From the NCBI GenBank assembly GCA_965246925.1, contig OZ251994.1, positions 1,060,557 to 1,124,556 on the forward strand: a stretch of DNA of 64,000 bases. Direction: 5' to 3'. The notes below the pieces were generated by a model. That model ran no database searches. It saw only the letters and a program-made list of their open reading frames with translations, and had not been told where the DNA came from. The position numbers and the translations under genes were made by a program. This DNA is from Acetobacteraceae bacterium (lineage in GTDB: Bacteria > Pseudomonadota > Alphaproteobacteria > Acetobacterales > Acetobacteraceae). Positions 37,577-47,323 of this stretch are shown here, in pieces. Every line of letters starts with the position of its first letter. Position 1 is the stretch's first letter.

Positions 37577-38709
37577 GGCAATAGACGGTAGGCGCCGGCG
37601 CGGATCTCTACCATCACCTGGCTGCCCGCGTCGGCGCCGCTATGGTCGGCGGGGCTGAGGTTGAACACCGCCTCGGCCCCGGCCAGGCCCTGTGCACGCT
37701 CCATCCCGTCCCGGAGCGCGGCGCGGAACGGTGCGGTGCCGGGCGCGCCGGCCTGCAGTGCCGCGGGCACGGCCTGGGCCATCAGCAGCCAGCCGTCCCA
37801 CAGCGTCGCGCCGAACAGGCTCCGGCTGCCCGGCCCCTGCGCGGCCTCGTAGGCGTGGACGTAGGCGAGTGCCGGGGCCTTCACCGGATGCCCGTCCGCC
37901 AGCTGTTCGGCCACCAGCACCGGCACGCTGCTGAACATGACCCCGTCCAGCGCCCGCCCGCCCACGCGCAGCGCGTCCGGCCCGGCGATGCCCATGACGG
38001 TGTAGATCGGCCCGGCATAGCCCCGCGCCCGCAATTCCAGGATGGGCGTCGTGGCCGGCGTGGCGCTGGCGGCGACGAAGATCGCATCCGGCCGCGCCTG
38101 GAGCAGCCGCAGCACCTGCGGCGTCACGCTGGCGTCGCCCGGCGCATACCGCACTTCGGCGACGGTCTGTATGCCGCGCTCGGCCGCCTGCGCCGTCAGG
38201 GCGTTGATGTAACCGTCGCCCAGCGCAGTGCTGAAGCCGATCTGCCCTAGGGTACGCTGGCCCGCCGCCACCATCCGCTCCACGATCTGCACCGTCGCCA
38301 CGCGCTCGCCGGGGATCAGCTTGAACGCCCAGCGGCGGCTCCCCTCCATCGGCTCGATCACGGCGGACGAGCCCGATAGGCTCACCATCGGCACCCCCGC
38401 CTCCGCCACCGTGCCCAGGATCGCGACCGAGTTGGGCGTGTTGCTGGGGCCGAGGATGGCGTCGACATGCTCCTCCTCGATCAGCTTCTTGGTCACCCGC
38501 ACCGCCTGCGCCGGGTCACTGCCGTCATCGAGCACGACGAACCGCACGGCCTGCCCGCCCACCTCACGCGGCAGCAGCTCGACCGTCCGCGCCTCGGGTA
38601 TCCCCAGCCCGGCGCTAGGCCCCGTCAGCGACAAGACGGCCCCCACGGTAATCTCGGCCCGGGCCGTGACGGTGAGCAGCAGGAGGGCGATGAGGGTGCG
38701 CATGGGCAT
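37573..38709 (-). CDS. ABC transporter substrate-binding protein (LivJ / branched-chain amino-acid family)
   Basis: Signal peptide MRTLIALLLLTVTARA, ITVGAVLSLTGPSAGLG motif. The stop overlaps the hydrolase start (ATGA). Confidence 0.85.
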   Translation of the reverse strand: MPMRTLIALLLLTVTARAEITVGAVLSLTGPSAGLGIPEARTVELLPREVGGQAVRFVVLDDGSDPAQAVRVTKKLIEEEHVDAILGPSNTPNSVAILGTVAEAGVPMVSLSGSSAVIEPMEGSRRWAFKLIPGERVATVQIVERMVAAGQRTLGQIGFSTALGDGYINALTAQAAERGIQTVAEVRYAPGDASVTPQVLRLLQARPDAIFVAASATPATTPILELRARGYAGPIYTVMGIAGPDALRVGGRALDGVMFSSVPVLVAEQLADGHPVKAPALAYVHAYEAAQGPGSRSLFGATLWDGWLLMAQAVPAALQAGAPGTAPFRAALRDGMERAQGLAGAEAVFNLSPADHSGADAGSQVMVEIRAGAYRLLP

Positions 38710-39085
38710 GCAATGCCAGGGAGCGGGCGGGGTGGGAAGGCCGCTTTTCATTTCTGATACCCCGCTTCAAGGCTTCTAGAACCGTCCCGCCCAAAATCTC
38801 GGCTTCGAACACGCCGCTACAAGCGCGCGGGATGCGCCCCGTCTTGCCAGCCACCAGCCCCTCGCCCGCCGGACCAGCCCTGTCCGGCAAACGAACCCTG
38901 GCGGACACTGCGCCGGGCGTAGACCTTGCGTCCTGCAAAACAATTGGGCAGCGTTGGTTAGTTCGCTCGATCCCGTCAGGGAAATATGAAAACCGCCCGC
39001 TTTCCCGGATAGCAAGTCCCAGGCTGGAAGGCGGGGGCCAAAAGTGGCGAGCGAAGTGGCAAGAACAGCTTTGGGAGAGATCTTG

Positions 39086-39724
39086 ATGTACGATTGGCAG
39101 CATTGGTCCCTCGTCCTGGGTGCCGCGCTGGCCCTCAACATTTCGCCGGGGCCGGACGCCCTGTTCATCCTGTCGCGGACGCTCGCCCACGGGCGCCGTG
39201 TCGGCCTTGCATGCAGCCTCGGGGTATGCACGGGTGCTCTCGTTCATGTCTGCGCCGCAGCCGTTGGCGTCTCCGCCCTCCTTGCCACATCGGCCCTGGC
39301 CTTTGCCGTGGTGAAGTGGGTCGGCGCAGCCTACCTCGTCTATCTTGGCATCCGGACCGTGCTTTTCGCCCATCGGGAAGCCCTTCTGGACGGCACGGCC
39401 TCCTCCACCCACCTCACCTTTGGAACCGCCTTCCGGCAAGGAGTCGCGGTGGACGTGCTCAACCCGAAAGTGGCCGTGTTCTTTATGGCGTTCCTGCCGC
39501 AGTTCATCGTGCCCGAGCTGGGTCACTTTCCAGGGCAACTCGTTTTCAACGGATTAACCGTCATTGCGGTCGGGCTTGCCTGGAGTTGCCTCCTCGTGCT
39601 GGTTGCCGGAGGCCTCACGAGTGTCCTCCAGCAGCGACCCGCGGTTGGAATATGGGTGAGGCGTGCTGTGGGTGGCGTCTTGGTAGGCTTGGGGATCAGG
39701 CTGGCACTGCTTGAGCGGGCTTGA
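39086..39724 (+). CDS. LysE/RhtB family amino-acid exporter
   Basis: LALNISPGPDALFILSRTLAHGRR is the LysE signature. ATG 39086 is preceded by GGGAGAG. Confidence 0.85.
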   Translation: MYDWQHWSLVLGAALALNISPGPDALFILSRTLAHGRRVGLACSLGVCTGALVHVCAAAVGVSALLATSALAFAVVKWVGAAYLVYLGIRTVLFAHREALLDGTASSTHLTFGTAFRQGVAVDVLNPKVAVFFMAFLPQFIVPELGHFPGQLVFNGLTVIAVGLAWSCLLVLVAGGLTSVLQQRPAVGIWVRRAVGGVLVGLGIRLALLERA

Positions 39725-39943
39725 CCCACTGTGGTGTGCCATGGGGCCCGGCGTACTGACGCCAGCGCCCCGAACCAGGACCTGATCCCGCTCCCCTGAC
39801 CAGCTATTCAGTGCCTACGCGGCCTTGCCGCAGCCCAAGCCGTTCCCGTCCGGTTTCAAGATAACCTGGCAGCGAAGCCTAGGGCTAGATTCACCCCCGC
39901 ACATCCCTCTAGGGTGCGCCTCCATCATCCAAGGCTGCCCGGC

Positions 39944-40882
39944 ATGCTGAATATTGCGGTCCAGATGGACCCGATCGAGAGCGTCAATATCGATGGGGAC
40001 AGCACCTTCGCCCTCATGATCGAGGCGCAGCGGCGCGGGCACCGCATGTGGCATTACGAGGTGCGCGACATGTCGCTGCTCGGCACCGCCCTCACCGCCG
40101 TGGCCCGTCCGGTGACGGTGCAGCGGGTGCGCAACGATCACTACAAGTTCGGCGAGGCCGCCACCCACGACCTCGGCACCATGGACGTGATCCTCATGCG
40201 GCAGGACCCGCCATTCGACATGGCCTACATCACCGCCACCCACATGCTGGAGCACATACAGCCCAAGACCCTGGTGGTGAACGACCCCGCGCAGGTGCGG
40301 AACGCGCCCGAAAAGCTGCTGGTCACGCACTTCCCCGGCCTCATGCCCCCCACCCTCATCACCTGGGACGCCGCCGCCATCCGCGCCTTCCGGGCCGAGC
40401 ACCGGGACATCATCGTCAAACCCCTGTTCGGCAACGGCGGCGCCGGGGTGTTCCGCATCAAGCCGGATGACGAAAACCTCGCCAGCCTCCTGGAAATGCA
40501 CTTCGCCCGCTCGCGTGAACCCTTGATGATCCAGCGCTACGAGCCGGCGGTCCGCCAGGGCGACAAGCGCATCATCCTGATCGACGGTGAGCCGCGCGGC
40601 GCCGTGAACCGCGTGCCCGCCGCGGGCGAAGCACGCAGCAACATGCACGTCGGCGGACGGCCCGAACGGTCGGAACTCACGCGGCGCGAGCGGGACATCT
40701 GCGCCCAGATCGGCCCATACCTGCGGAACAACGGCCTGATCTTCGTCGGCATCGACGTGATCGGTGACTACCTGACCGAGATCAACGTCACCTCCCCCAC
40801 CGGCCTGCAGGAGATCGCGCGGTTTGACGGCACGGACCTGGCGGCGGAGATTTGGGACGTGATCGAGAGGAAGCGCGCATGA
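39944..40882 (+). CDS. gshB: Glutathione synthetase
   Basis: [33 protein letters not shown] is the canonical GshB N-terminus, followed by an ATP-grasp C-terminal region. Confidence 0.95.
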   Translation: MLNIAVQMDPIESVNIDGDSTFALMIEAQRRGHRMWHYEVRDMSLLGTALTAVARPVTVQRVRNDHYKFGEAATHDLGTMDVILMRQDPPFDMAYITATHMLEHIQPKTLVVNDPAQVRNAPEKLLVTHFPGLMPPTLITWDAAAIRAFRAEHRDIIVKPLFGNGGAGVFRIKPDDENLASLLEMHFARSREPLMIQRYEPAVRQGDKRIILIDGEPRGAVNRVPAAGEARSNMHVGGRPERSELTRRERDICAQIGPYLRNNGLIFVGIDVIGDYLTEINVTSPTGLQEIARFDGTDLAAEIWDVIERKRA

Positions 40883-42615
40883 TCCGCCACGCCCTAGCCC
40901 TGGCCATGCTCACCGGCACCGCCCACGCCGTCTCCGCCCCGGCCGTGGAGGCCGGGCAGGGCATGGTCGTGACCTCGCAACGTCTGGCGTCCGAAGCCGG
41001 GGTCGCCATCCTGGCCCGGGGCGGCAACGCCGTCGATGCCGCGGTCGCGGTCGGCTACGCGCTGGCGGTCGTGAACCCCTGCTGCGGCAACATCGGCGGC
41101 GGCGGCTTCATGGTGCTCCATCTCGCGGACGGGCGCGACCGCTTCCTCAATTTTCGGGAGACCGCGCCCGCCGCAGCCACCGCGGACATGTACCTGGACC
41201 CCACCGGCAAGCCCGTGCCGGATAGCAGCCTGTATGGCGCCAGGGCGGCAGGGGTGCCGGGCACGGTGGCCGGGCTGGAGCTGGCGCGCGCGACCTACGG
41301 CACGCTGGACCGCGCCACCCTGATGGAGCCGGCCATTCGCCTCGCGCGGGACGGCTTCGTGCTGACCCGGGGCGATACCGACATCCTGGACGCCAAGGCC
41401 GACCGGTTCCGCAAGGCGCCCAGCGTCGCCCGCATCTTCCTCCGCCCGGACGGCAGCACCTTCGTGCCCGGGGACCGCCTGACCCAGCCGGACCTCGCCC
41501 GCACCCTGCAATCCATCGCCGATACCGGCGCGGACGCGTTCTACAAAGGTCATGTGCCCGAGGCGGTGGAGGCCGCGTCCCGCGCCGAGGGCGGTATCCT
41601 GACCGCCGCCGACTTCGCGTCCTACAAGGCCGTGGATACCGAGCCGCTGCGGTGCGGCTACCGCGGCACCGTGGTCATCTCGTCCCCACCGCCCTCCTCG
41701 GGCGGAACCACGCTATGCGAGATCCTGCAGGTGCTGGAGGGCTATGACCTGCCCGGCCTCGGCTTCCACTCTGCCCAATCCGTCCATCTGCTGACGGAGG
41801 CGATGCGGCACGCCTATCTGGACCGCAACACCTACCTCGGTGACCCCGCCTTCGTGCGCAATCCGGTCGAGCGGCTGCTGTCCCCGGGCTACGCCGCCAG
41901 CATCCGGGCGCAGATCACGGACCGCGCCACCCCGTCCAAGGACCTCCGCCCCGGTGTCGCGCCGCACGAGATGCCGGAGACGACGCATTACAGCATCGTG
42001 GACGCCGCCGGTAACGCCGTCAGCACGACCTACACCATAAACGGCAGCTTCGGCGCCGTCAGCATCGCCGGCGACACCGGGTTCCTGCTGAACAACGAGA
42101 TGGACGATTTCACCATTAAGACCGGCGTGCCAAACCTCTACGGCCTGGTGCAGGGCCAGGCCAACTCCATCGCGCCGGGCAAGCGTCCGCTCTCCAGCAT
42201 GGCCCCCACGGTCGTGACCCGGGACGGCAAGACCATCCTCGTCACCGGCTCCCCCGGCGGCAGCCGCATCATCACCATCACCCTGCAGAGCATCCTCAAC
42301 GTCCTGGACCACGGCATGGCCCCGCAGGAGGCCGTGGACGCCCCGCGCATCCACCACCAATGGCTGCCGGACACGCTGTACGCCGAACCCTTCGCCCTAT
42401 CCCCGGACACGCAGGCGATGCTGCGCCAGATGGGCTACACCATCACCGAACAGGTGCCCTGGGGCGCGGCGGAACTGGTAGCGGTCGGGCAGAAACGGAC
42501 CGAGACGCTGGGCCAGGCCGCCAACGACAGCGCCCTGTCCGGGCAAATGCGCCCGGGTCTGCTATACGGCGCCAACGACGACCGCCGCCCAGCGGGGGCG
42601 GCGGTCGGCCGCTAA
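40879..42615 (+). CDS. ggt: Gamma-glutamyltransferase
   Basis: Signal peptide. The TTHYSIVD autoprocessing Thr site and GSPGGSRII motif are present. The ATG overlaps the gshB stop (ATGA). Confidence 0.95.
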   Translation: MIRHALALAMLTGTAHAVSAPAVEAGQGMVVTSQRLASEAGVAILARGGNAVDAAVAVGYALAVVNPCCGNIGGGGFMVLHLADGRDRFLNFRETAPAAATADMYLDPTGKPVPDSSLYGARAAGVPGTVAGLELARATYGTLDRATLMEPAIRLARDGFVLTRGDTDILDAKADRFRKAPSVARIFLRPDGSTFVPGDRLTQPDLARTLQSIADTGADAFYKGHVPEAVEAASRAEGGILTAADFASYKAVDTEPLRCGYRGTVVISSPPPSSGGTTLCEILQVLEGYDLPGLGFHSAQSVHLLTEAMRHAYLDRNTYLGDPAFVRNPVERLLSPGYAASIRAQITDRATPSKDLRPGVAPHEMPETTHYSIVDAAGNAVSTTYTINGSFGAVSIAGDTGFLLNNEMDDFTIKTGVPNLYGLVQGQANSIAPGKRPLSSMAPTVVTRDGKTILVTGSPGGSRIITITLQSILNVLDHGMAPQEAVDAPRIHHQWLPDTLYAEPFALSPDTQAMLRQMGYTITEQVPWGAAELVAVGQKRTETLGQAANDSALSGQMRPGLLYGANDDRRPAGAAVGR

Positions 42616-42646
42616 CATGAAACTCTCTGATCAGGCTAGATAACCC

Positions 42647-43390
42647 ATGCCAGCACACTACCCAGACCTCGCCGGAAAGATCGTCCTCGTCACCGGGGGT
42701 GCCACCGGCATCGGGGAGGCCATCGTCCGGCGCTTCGCCGCGCAGGGGTCCAAGGTTGCGTTCCTGGATATCAACGACGCCGCCGGGCAGGCGCTCGCGG
42801 CGGAAACAGGGGCGCGTTATGGGCACGCCGATCTCACCGATATCCCTGCGCTGCGGCAGGCCGTCGGCACCGTCGCGGAGGCGCTTGGCCCCATCCAGAT
42901 CCTGGTCAACAACGCCGCACATGATGAGCGGCACCGGACGGAGGACGTGACGCCCGAGTACTGGGACGGGCGCATCGCCGTGAACCTTCGGCACCAGTTC
43001 TTCACCGCGCAGGCCGTGCTGCCCGGTATGCAGAAGGCGGGCGGCGGGGCGATCGTGAACTTCGGCAGCACCTCCTGGATGGTCGGCCAGGGCGGCATGG
43101 CGGCCTACACCGCGAGCAAGAGCGCCGTGCTGGGCCTTACCCGCTCACTCGCGCGGGATTACGGGCCGGACAACATCCGCGTGAACGCCATCGCACCGGG
43201 CTGGATCATGACGGAGCGGCAAAAGACGCTGTGGCTGACCCTGGAGGGCGAGGCCGAGCTGATGCAGCGCCAATGCCTGAAGCGGCATCTTCTGCCGGAC
43301 GAGGTCGCGGCGCTGACGTTGTTCTTATCGTCGAGCGACGCCTCGGCCTGCACCAACCAGCACTACATCGTGGATGGCGGCTGGGTCTGA
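42647..43390 (+). CDS. SDR-family oxidoreductase (FabG-like)
   Basis: VTGGATGIGEAI cofactor motif, YTASKSAV catalytic YxxxK, 247 aa. Confidence 0.9.
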   Translation: MPAHYPDLAGKIVLVTGGATGIGEAIVRRFAAQGSKVAFLDINDAAGQALAAETGARYGHADLTDIPALRQAVGTVAEALGPIQILVNNAAHDERHRTEDVTPEYWDGRIAVNLRHQFFTAQAVLPGMQKAGGGAIVNFGSTSWMVGQGGMAAYTASKSAVLGLTRSLARDYGPDNIRVNAIAPGWIMTERQKTLWLTLEGEAELMQRQCLKRHLLPDEVAALTLFLSSSDASACTNQHYIVDGGWV

Positions 43391-43409
43391 CCACCGCCCG
43401 CCCATCACA

Positions 43410-44072
43410 TCACATCCGCTGGCGCGCCCGGCCCAGCAGCAGCAGGCTGGCGCTTAGCACGAGGATGGACGCAGGCTCCGGCACCGCTGTGCCGGCCAGC
43501 GTGATGTTGCCCAGCACGAAATCACCATCCGGCGCCGAGGCGGCGGTGCCGGTGATGCGGACCGAAGTGATCGGGGTCGTGGACATCGCCGCCAAGATGG
43601 CCGGGGCGGCGCCGTTATCCGCCAGGCTCGAGGCGGTGATGGTGCCCAGCAGCGCCGCGCCGCCGAACGCCTGCAGGCTGAAGGTGTACAGCTGCGTCGT
43701 GTCGAAATCGTCGGCGCTGATGCTGAAACCCGTGACGGGCTGGGCGAAGGTGATGGTGGTTGCCCCGCCCGGCGCGCAGCTGCCCAGCCCCGTAAACCCG
43801 CACTGGGCGATCAGCTGCGTGTTGTTGGCGAAGTTGCTGTCAAGGTAGCTGGTGTTGGCCTGGTTCCGCTCGAGCACATTGCCCGCGCTCGTGCTGAAGG
43901 TCGCGGCGGGATACACGGCAGGCATCGTATAGACCGTGCCCACCGCGTCGTTGAACGTGAACGGGGTGGCGTCCGGCAGCGTGGTGACCTGCATGAACGC
44001 GGCATGGGCGGAGGACAGGCCCAGCATCGTGGCCACGCCGGCCAGGGTCAGGGTGCGGAAGTTGCTCATCAT
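43410..44072 (-). CDS. PEP-CTERM sorting-domain protein
   Basis: Signal peptide. The C-terminal VPEPASILVLSASLLLLGRARQRM has the PEP motif, a TM segment and a basic tail. Confidence 0.8.
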   Translation of the reverse strand: MMSNFRTLTLAGVATMLGLSSAHAAFMQVTTLPDATPFTFNDAVGTVYTMPAVYPAATFSTSAGNVLERNQANTSYLDSNFANNTQLIAQCGFTGLGSCAPGGATTITFAQPVTGFSISADDFDTTQLYTFSLQAFGGAALLGTITASSLADNGAAPAILAAMSTTPITSVRITGTAASAPDGDFVLGNITLAGTAVPEPASILVLSASLLLLGRARQRM

Positions 44073-44078
44073 CGGTTC

Positions 44079-46235
44079 CTAGTTCTTGGTCTGGCTCGGG
44101 CGAGCGAAGAAGTCGGCAGGAGGCGGATTGCTGAGGCCCAGCTGCGTATCGAGCGGTGTGATGCCCAGCGCGGTGCAGCCCGCGCCGTTATAGTGCGGCA
44201 GCGTCAGGACCGTCGTCATGTCGATCATGGCGTAGCTGGCCGGCAGCGGCGCCGCGGTGCCGAGTAGGCGGGCCGGGTCGAATGCGCTCAGCAACGCGCC
44301 CTGACCCGGCGTCGGGTTCTGCACGCCGTCATGCGGCCCCAGCTGGGTCTGCGTCACGCCCGCGGTCGCGAACCGTGCCGCCTGCCCCGCCACCTTGGCC
44401 GTCGCCTCGTCCGGCAAATCCGCCAGCGGGTTCAAGCCGAAGACCGAGTTCACGAGGCCGATGACCGAGTTGTGGTCACCCTCCTCATGGCTCACCACGT
44501 GGGCGCGGGCGAAGGGGGAGATCACGATCATCGGGATGCGCGGACCGCGGCTGAGCGGCAGGCCCGCCGGGTCATAGGACAGGATACGCGGTGGCACGTG
44601 ATCGTAGTCGCCCTCGCTCTCGTCATACGTGATGACGATGGCGCTCTGGCTCCAATACGGGCTGGCGGCGATGGCGTTGATCTGGCTCGCGACCGCCGCC
44701 TCGCTGATCTGGCTGTCGGAATAGGCCGGGTGGTCGTCGTCACCCAGGAAGTTGGCCGAAACGTAGGCCGCGTCCGCCGCCGGGGTGACCGCACCGAAGC
44801 CGGTGGCGTTGGCCGTGTTGGGCACGAGGCCCTGGATGTTGTCGTACCCGCCGCGCACGTAGAACACGCCGCCCGATGGCGGCAGCGCCTGGTTCTGGAC
44901 ATCGGCGAAGAAGTCGCCCAGCCCGTGCTGGTTCGCGGCCTCGGCCGGGTTGTTCGTCACGTAGCCGAAATACTGCGGGCCGTTGTGATGGCCGATGTAG
45001 CTGGAGTGCGGGGTCGATGCGATGCCGTTGGCCGCCGGCAGGTTCGGCTCCGCATTGTATCCGTTCTGGTACCAGCCCCATTTATAGCCGGGCGTGTTCT
45101 TGGTCATGATGGCCTGCAGGTCGCTCTGCACATCGGCCAGGTCGGCGCCGGGGTTGGTGTCGGTCGCGGTCATCTGCATCACCGTCCGGCCCGCCAAGGT
45201 GAGCGGCAGGCTGGCGAAGGTGAGGTTCGGCGCCACGTTGCTGGCCGCGCCGAACTCGTTCTTGCGCTGCGGCGTGCCCGTGGCTGCGCCGGTGTTAGCC
45301 GTTGCGACCAGATTGGTCGGCTGGCTCGGGTTGCCGGAATACTCCACCGTGCCGGCACCCGGTAGCCCAGGGATCGGGTCGTTCACGATCGGCACCGCGA
45401 TCGAGCCGAAGGTCGTCGCGGACGTCGTTTCCGGGTGCTTCACCCACTGCGTCTCGCCCGCCTGCCCGGCGATCATCGCGATCGCGTTCGGCGTGGACGG
45501 GCCGACCGTGGTCTGGAAGATGTTGTCGAACAAGGTGAACCGGTTGGCATAGTTCCACAGGAATGGGATAGTATCGCAATCGACATACCCCATCGCGAGC
45601 TGCCCCCACTGCTTGGACGCAAGCGTGGGCGCGGCCGGGATCTGTGCCGCCGTGGGGTTGATCGGGGAGCCGGGGAACCGCTTGGCCTGCTCGTTCAGCG
45701 CGAAGCGGTCCATCAGCGGCGTGCCAGTGCCGCCCGGCAGGTTCATCTTGGCGGCCATGCGGGTGTGGCTATGGTCCACGTCATCGAGGTCGGACGCGTT
45801 CTGCGCCGTGCCCATCCGGAACGGAGCGATCGTGCCCGCCGTCCCATCCGTGTTGTATAGCACCTGCGTGTTGCTACGCGCGGCCGGGGTGCGGAGCCGG
45901 GGCGTGGCGGACGCATCCGCATACAGGCCGTTGGCGCCCGGGAAGGTGCCGAAATAATGGTCGAAGGAGCGGTTCTCGCTGAATAGCACGAACACGTATT
46001 TGACCCGGTGCCGCAAGAGGCTGATCAGCTGCGCGTTGCTGAGGTTGGTGTCGGACGCAGGGTCGCGGAACACGCCCTGGATGGCCGGGCTAAAGCCGGA
46101 CGCGGCCGTCAGCGGCTGGGCCGTCACCACAGGCGTCGAGGCCGTCAGCGCATAGGCGGGGGCCGCCAGCATCGGCTGCAACAGGGAGGCGGCCGCGATC
46201 CAAGCCGTAGTTGACTTCAACAGCATCCGTCGCAT
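44079..46235 (-). CDS. Phosphoesterase family protein (phospholipase C / AcpA acid phosphatase family), exported
   Basis: VKYVFVLFSENRSFDHYFGTFPGANG is the hallmark of the PLC/AcpA phosphoesterase family. 718 aa with a signal peptide. Confidence 0.85.
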   Translation of the reverse strand: MRRMLLKSTTAWIAAASLLQPMLAAPAYALTASTPVVTAQPLTAASGFSPAIQGVFRDPASDTNLSNAQLISLLRHRVKYVFVLFSENRSFDHYFGTFPGANGLYADASATPRLRTPAARSNTQVLYNTDGTAGTIAPFRMGTAQNASDLDDVDHSHTRMAAKMNLPGGTGTPLMDRFALNEQAKRFPGSPINPTAAQIPAAPTLASKQWGQLAMGYVDCDTIPFLWNYANRFTLFDNIFQTTVGPSTPNAIAMIAGQAGETQWVKHPETTSATTFGSIAVPIVNDPIPGLPGAGTVEYSGNPSQPTNLVATANTGAATGTPQRKNEFGAASNVAPNLTFASLPLTLAGRTVMQMTATDTNPGADLADVQSDLQAIMTKNTPGYKWGWYQNGYNAEPNLPAANGIASTPHSSYIGHHNGPQYFGYVTNNPAEAANQHGLGDFFADVQNQALPPSGGVFYVRGGYDNIQGLVPNTANATGFGAVTPAADAAYVSANFLGDDDHPAYSDSQISEAAVASQINAIAASPYWSQSAIVITYDESEGDYDHVPPRILSYDPAGLPLSRGPRIPMIVISPFARAHVVSHEEGDHNSVIGLVNSVFGLNPLADLPDEATAKVAGQAARFATAGVTQTQLGPHDGVQNPTPGQGALLSAFDPARLLGTAAPLPASYAMIDMTTVLTLPHYNGAGCTALGITPLDTQLGLSNPPPADFFARPSQTKN

Positions 46236-46319
46236 CGGTGGGCTCCTTGATTTAGCTGCCGCAATCTCGCCAGGACCGGCTTCGGCGACAATGCAAATTG
46301 CATGTTTCTATTGTGACAC

Positions 46320-47273
46320 TTATTCGACCGACGGGGCGGTCATGGTCCCACCCTGCTGCCAGCCGGCGTTCAGGCCCGGCGGCAGGCCGAGCGGGGAGCC
46401 CTCCCCCAGGGTCCGGCGCATCATGGCGGCAAAACCGCCCTGCGCCGCGATCCTCGTCTGCCAGTCCCGGTCGAGGCCGAGCCAGGACCCGGCCACCGGT
46501 AGCGGGCTCCCATCGCCCGCCAGCACGGTATCGACCGACCACGTGACCACCTGGCTCCAAGGGCCGTCCGCCGGGGTCACGGCCATGATGGATGCGGCGG
46601 ATAATGGTTCGTCCAGAATACGGGCCGGATGCCCGCCCTGTCCGGCACCGAGCCTCAGCGCGGCCAAGGCCGTCTCCTCGCCCACCACCGCCGGGCAGCG
46701 GCCCGCGGCGAAGGCGTCCATCATCTCCTCCAGCTCCATCCAGCCGGAGAAGTTGACGGTCCATTGGTGCCTCACGGCATAGGCGTTGAGCGCACGCTCC
46801 GCAGTGGTGCCCGGCTCGGCGCATACCATCGTATGGCCGACCTCGCCTATGGCATGGATCGGGCTCGCGTCCGGGACCATAAGGCGGGTCGTGAGCTGAT
46901 ACACGGTGGGACCGGTGAGCACCGCGCCGAACAGCTCGTTGGCAAACAGCTCGGTCGTGGTCAGGAACGCGACATCATCCGCACCGGTGCCGATCCGCCG
47001 GAAGTCGCGGCCTAGGGCGTAGCCGGTGAACTCGATCTTGCCGGGGTCGCCCAGCACGGCGGCGGCGATCGCGCGGCACAGCTCCACGTGCAAGCCATAC
47101 CAGCTGTGATCGGTGGCCGGAAACGCGAGGCCGGGGCGGATGGCGCTGCCGCACCGCAAGACACCGGCCTGCATCACCCGCGCCAGCGTTGGCTCCTGCT
47201 CCGCGGCCTGGGCATGCCAACAGCGCGTTGCAGACATCATCAGCATCAGCAAGAACAAGGTGATCCGGCGCAT
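46320..47273 (-). CDS. Amino-acid ABC transporter substrate-binding protein (family 3, AapJ-like)
   Basis: Signal peptide and SBP_bac_3-like pattern (LRCGS ... PGLAF ... GLHVELCRAIAAAVLGDP). AAGGAG SD lies 5 nt upstream of ATG 47273. Confidence 0.7.
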   Translation of the reverse strand: MRRITLFLLMLMMSATRCWHAQAAEQEPTLARVMQAGVLRCGSAIRPGLAFPATDHSWYGLHVELCRAIAAAVLGDPGKIEFTGYALGRDFRRIGTGADDVAFLTTTELFANELFGAVLTGPTVYQLTTRLMVPDASPIHAIGEVGHTMVCAEPGTTAERALNAYAVRHQWTVNFSGWMELEEMMDAFAAGRCPAVVGEETALAALRLGAGQGGHPARILDEPLSAASIMAVTPADGPWSQVVTWSVDTVLAGDGSPLPVAGSWLGLDRDWQTRIAAQGGFAAMMRRTLGEGSPLGLPPGLNAGWQQGGTMTAPSVE

Positions 47274-47284
47274 TGGCGCTCCTT

Positions 47285-47323
47285 TGGTGCTAACGGATGG
47301 TGCTAACGGGTGATGCTAACGGG
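47285..47323. repeat. 13-bp tandem repeat x3
   Basis: TGGTGCTAACGGA / TGGTGCTAACGGG / TGATGCTAACGGG. It lies immediately upstream (minus strand) of the SD of the 46320..47273 gene and covers the stop of the 47316..47891 gene. Confidence 0.85.

Noticed and set aside
38752-39085. A 330-bp non-coding gap between divergent genes was inspected as a possible riboswitch or sRNA. A GGAAGG-containing segment was compared with the SRP RNA core.
   Set aside because: I could not match any riboswitch, 4.5S, 6S or tmRNA consensus by eye. It is left as an ordinary divergent promoter region, and a covariance-model scan would be needed to say more.
38615-39538. 307-aa minus-strand ORF spanning the LivJ-like/LysE intergenic region, plus alternative-frame ORFs 39094..39714 and 38776..39231.
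   Set aside because: No motifs and implausible composition. It overlaps the well-supported LysE gene.
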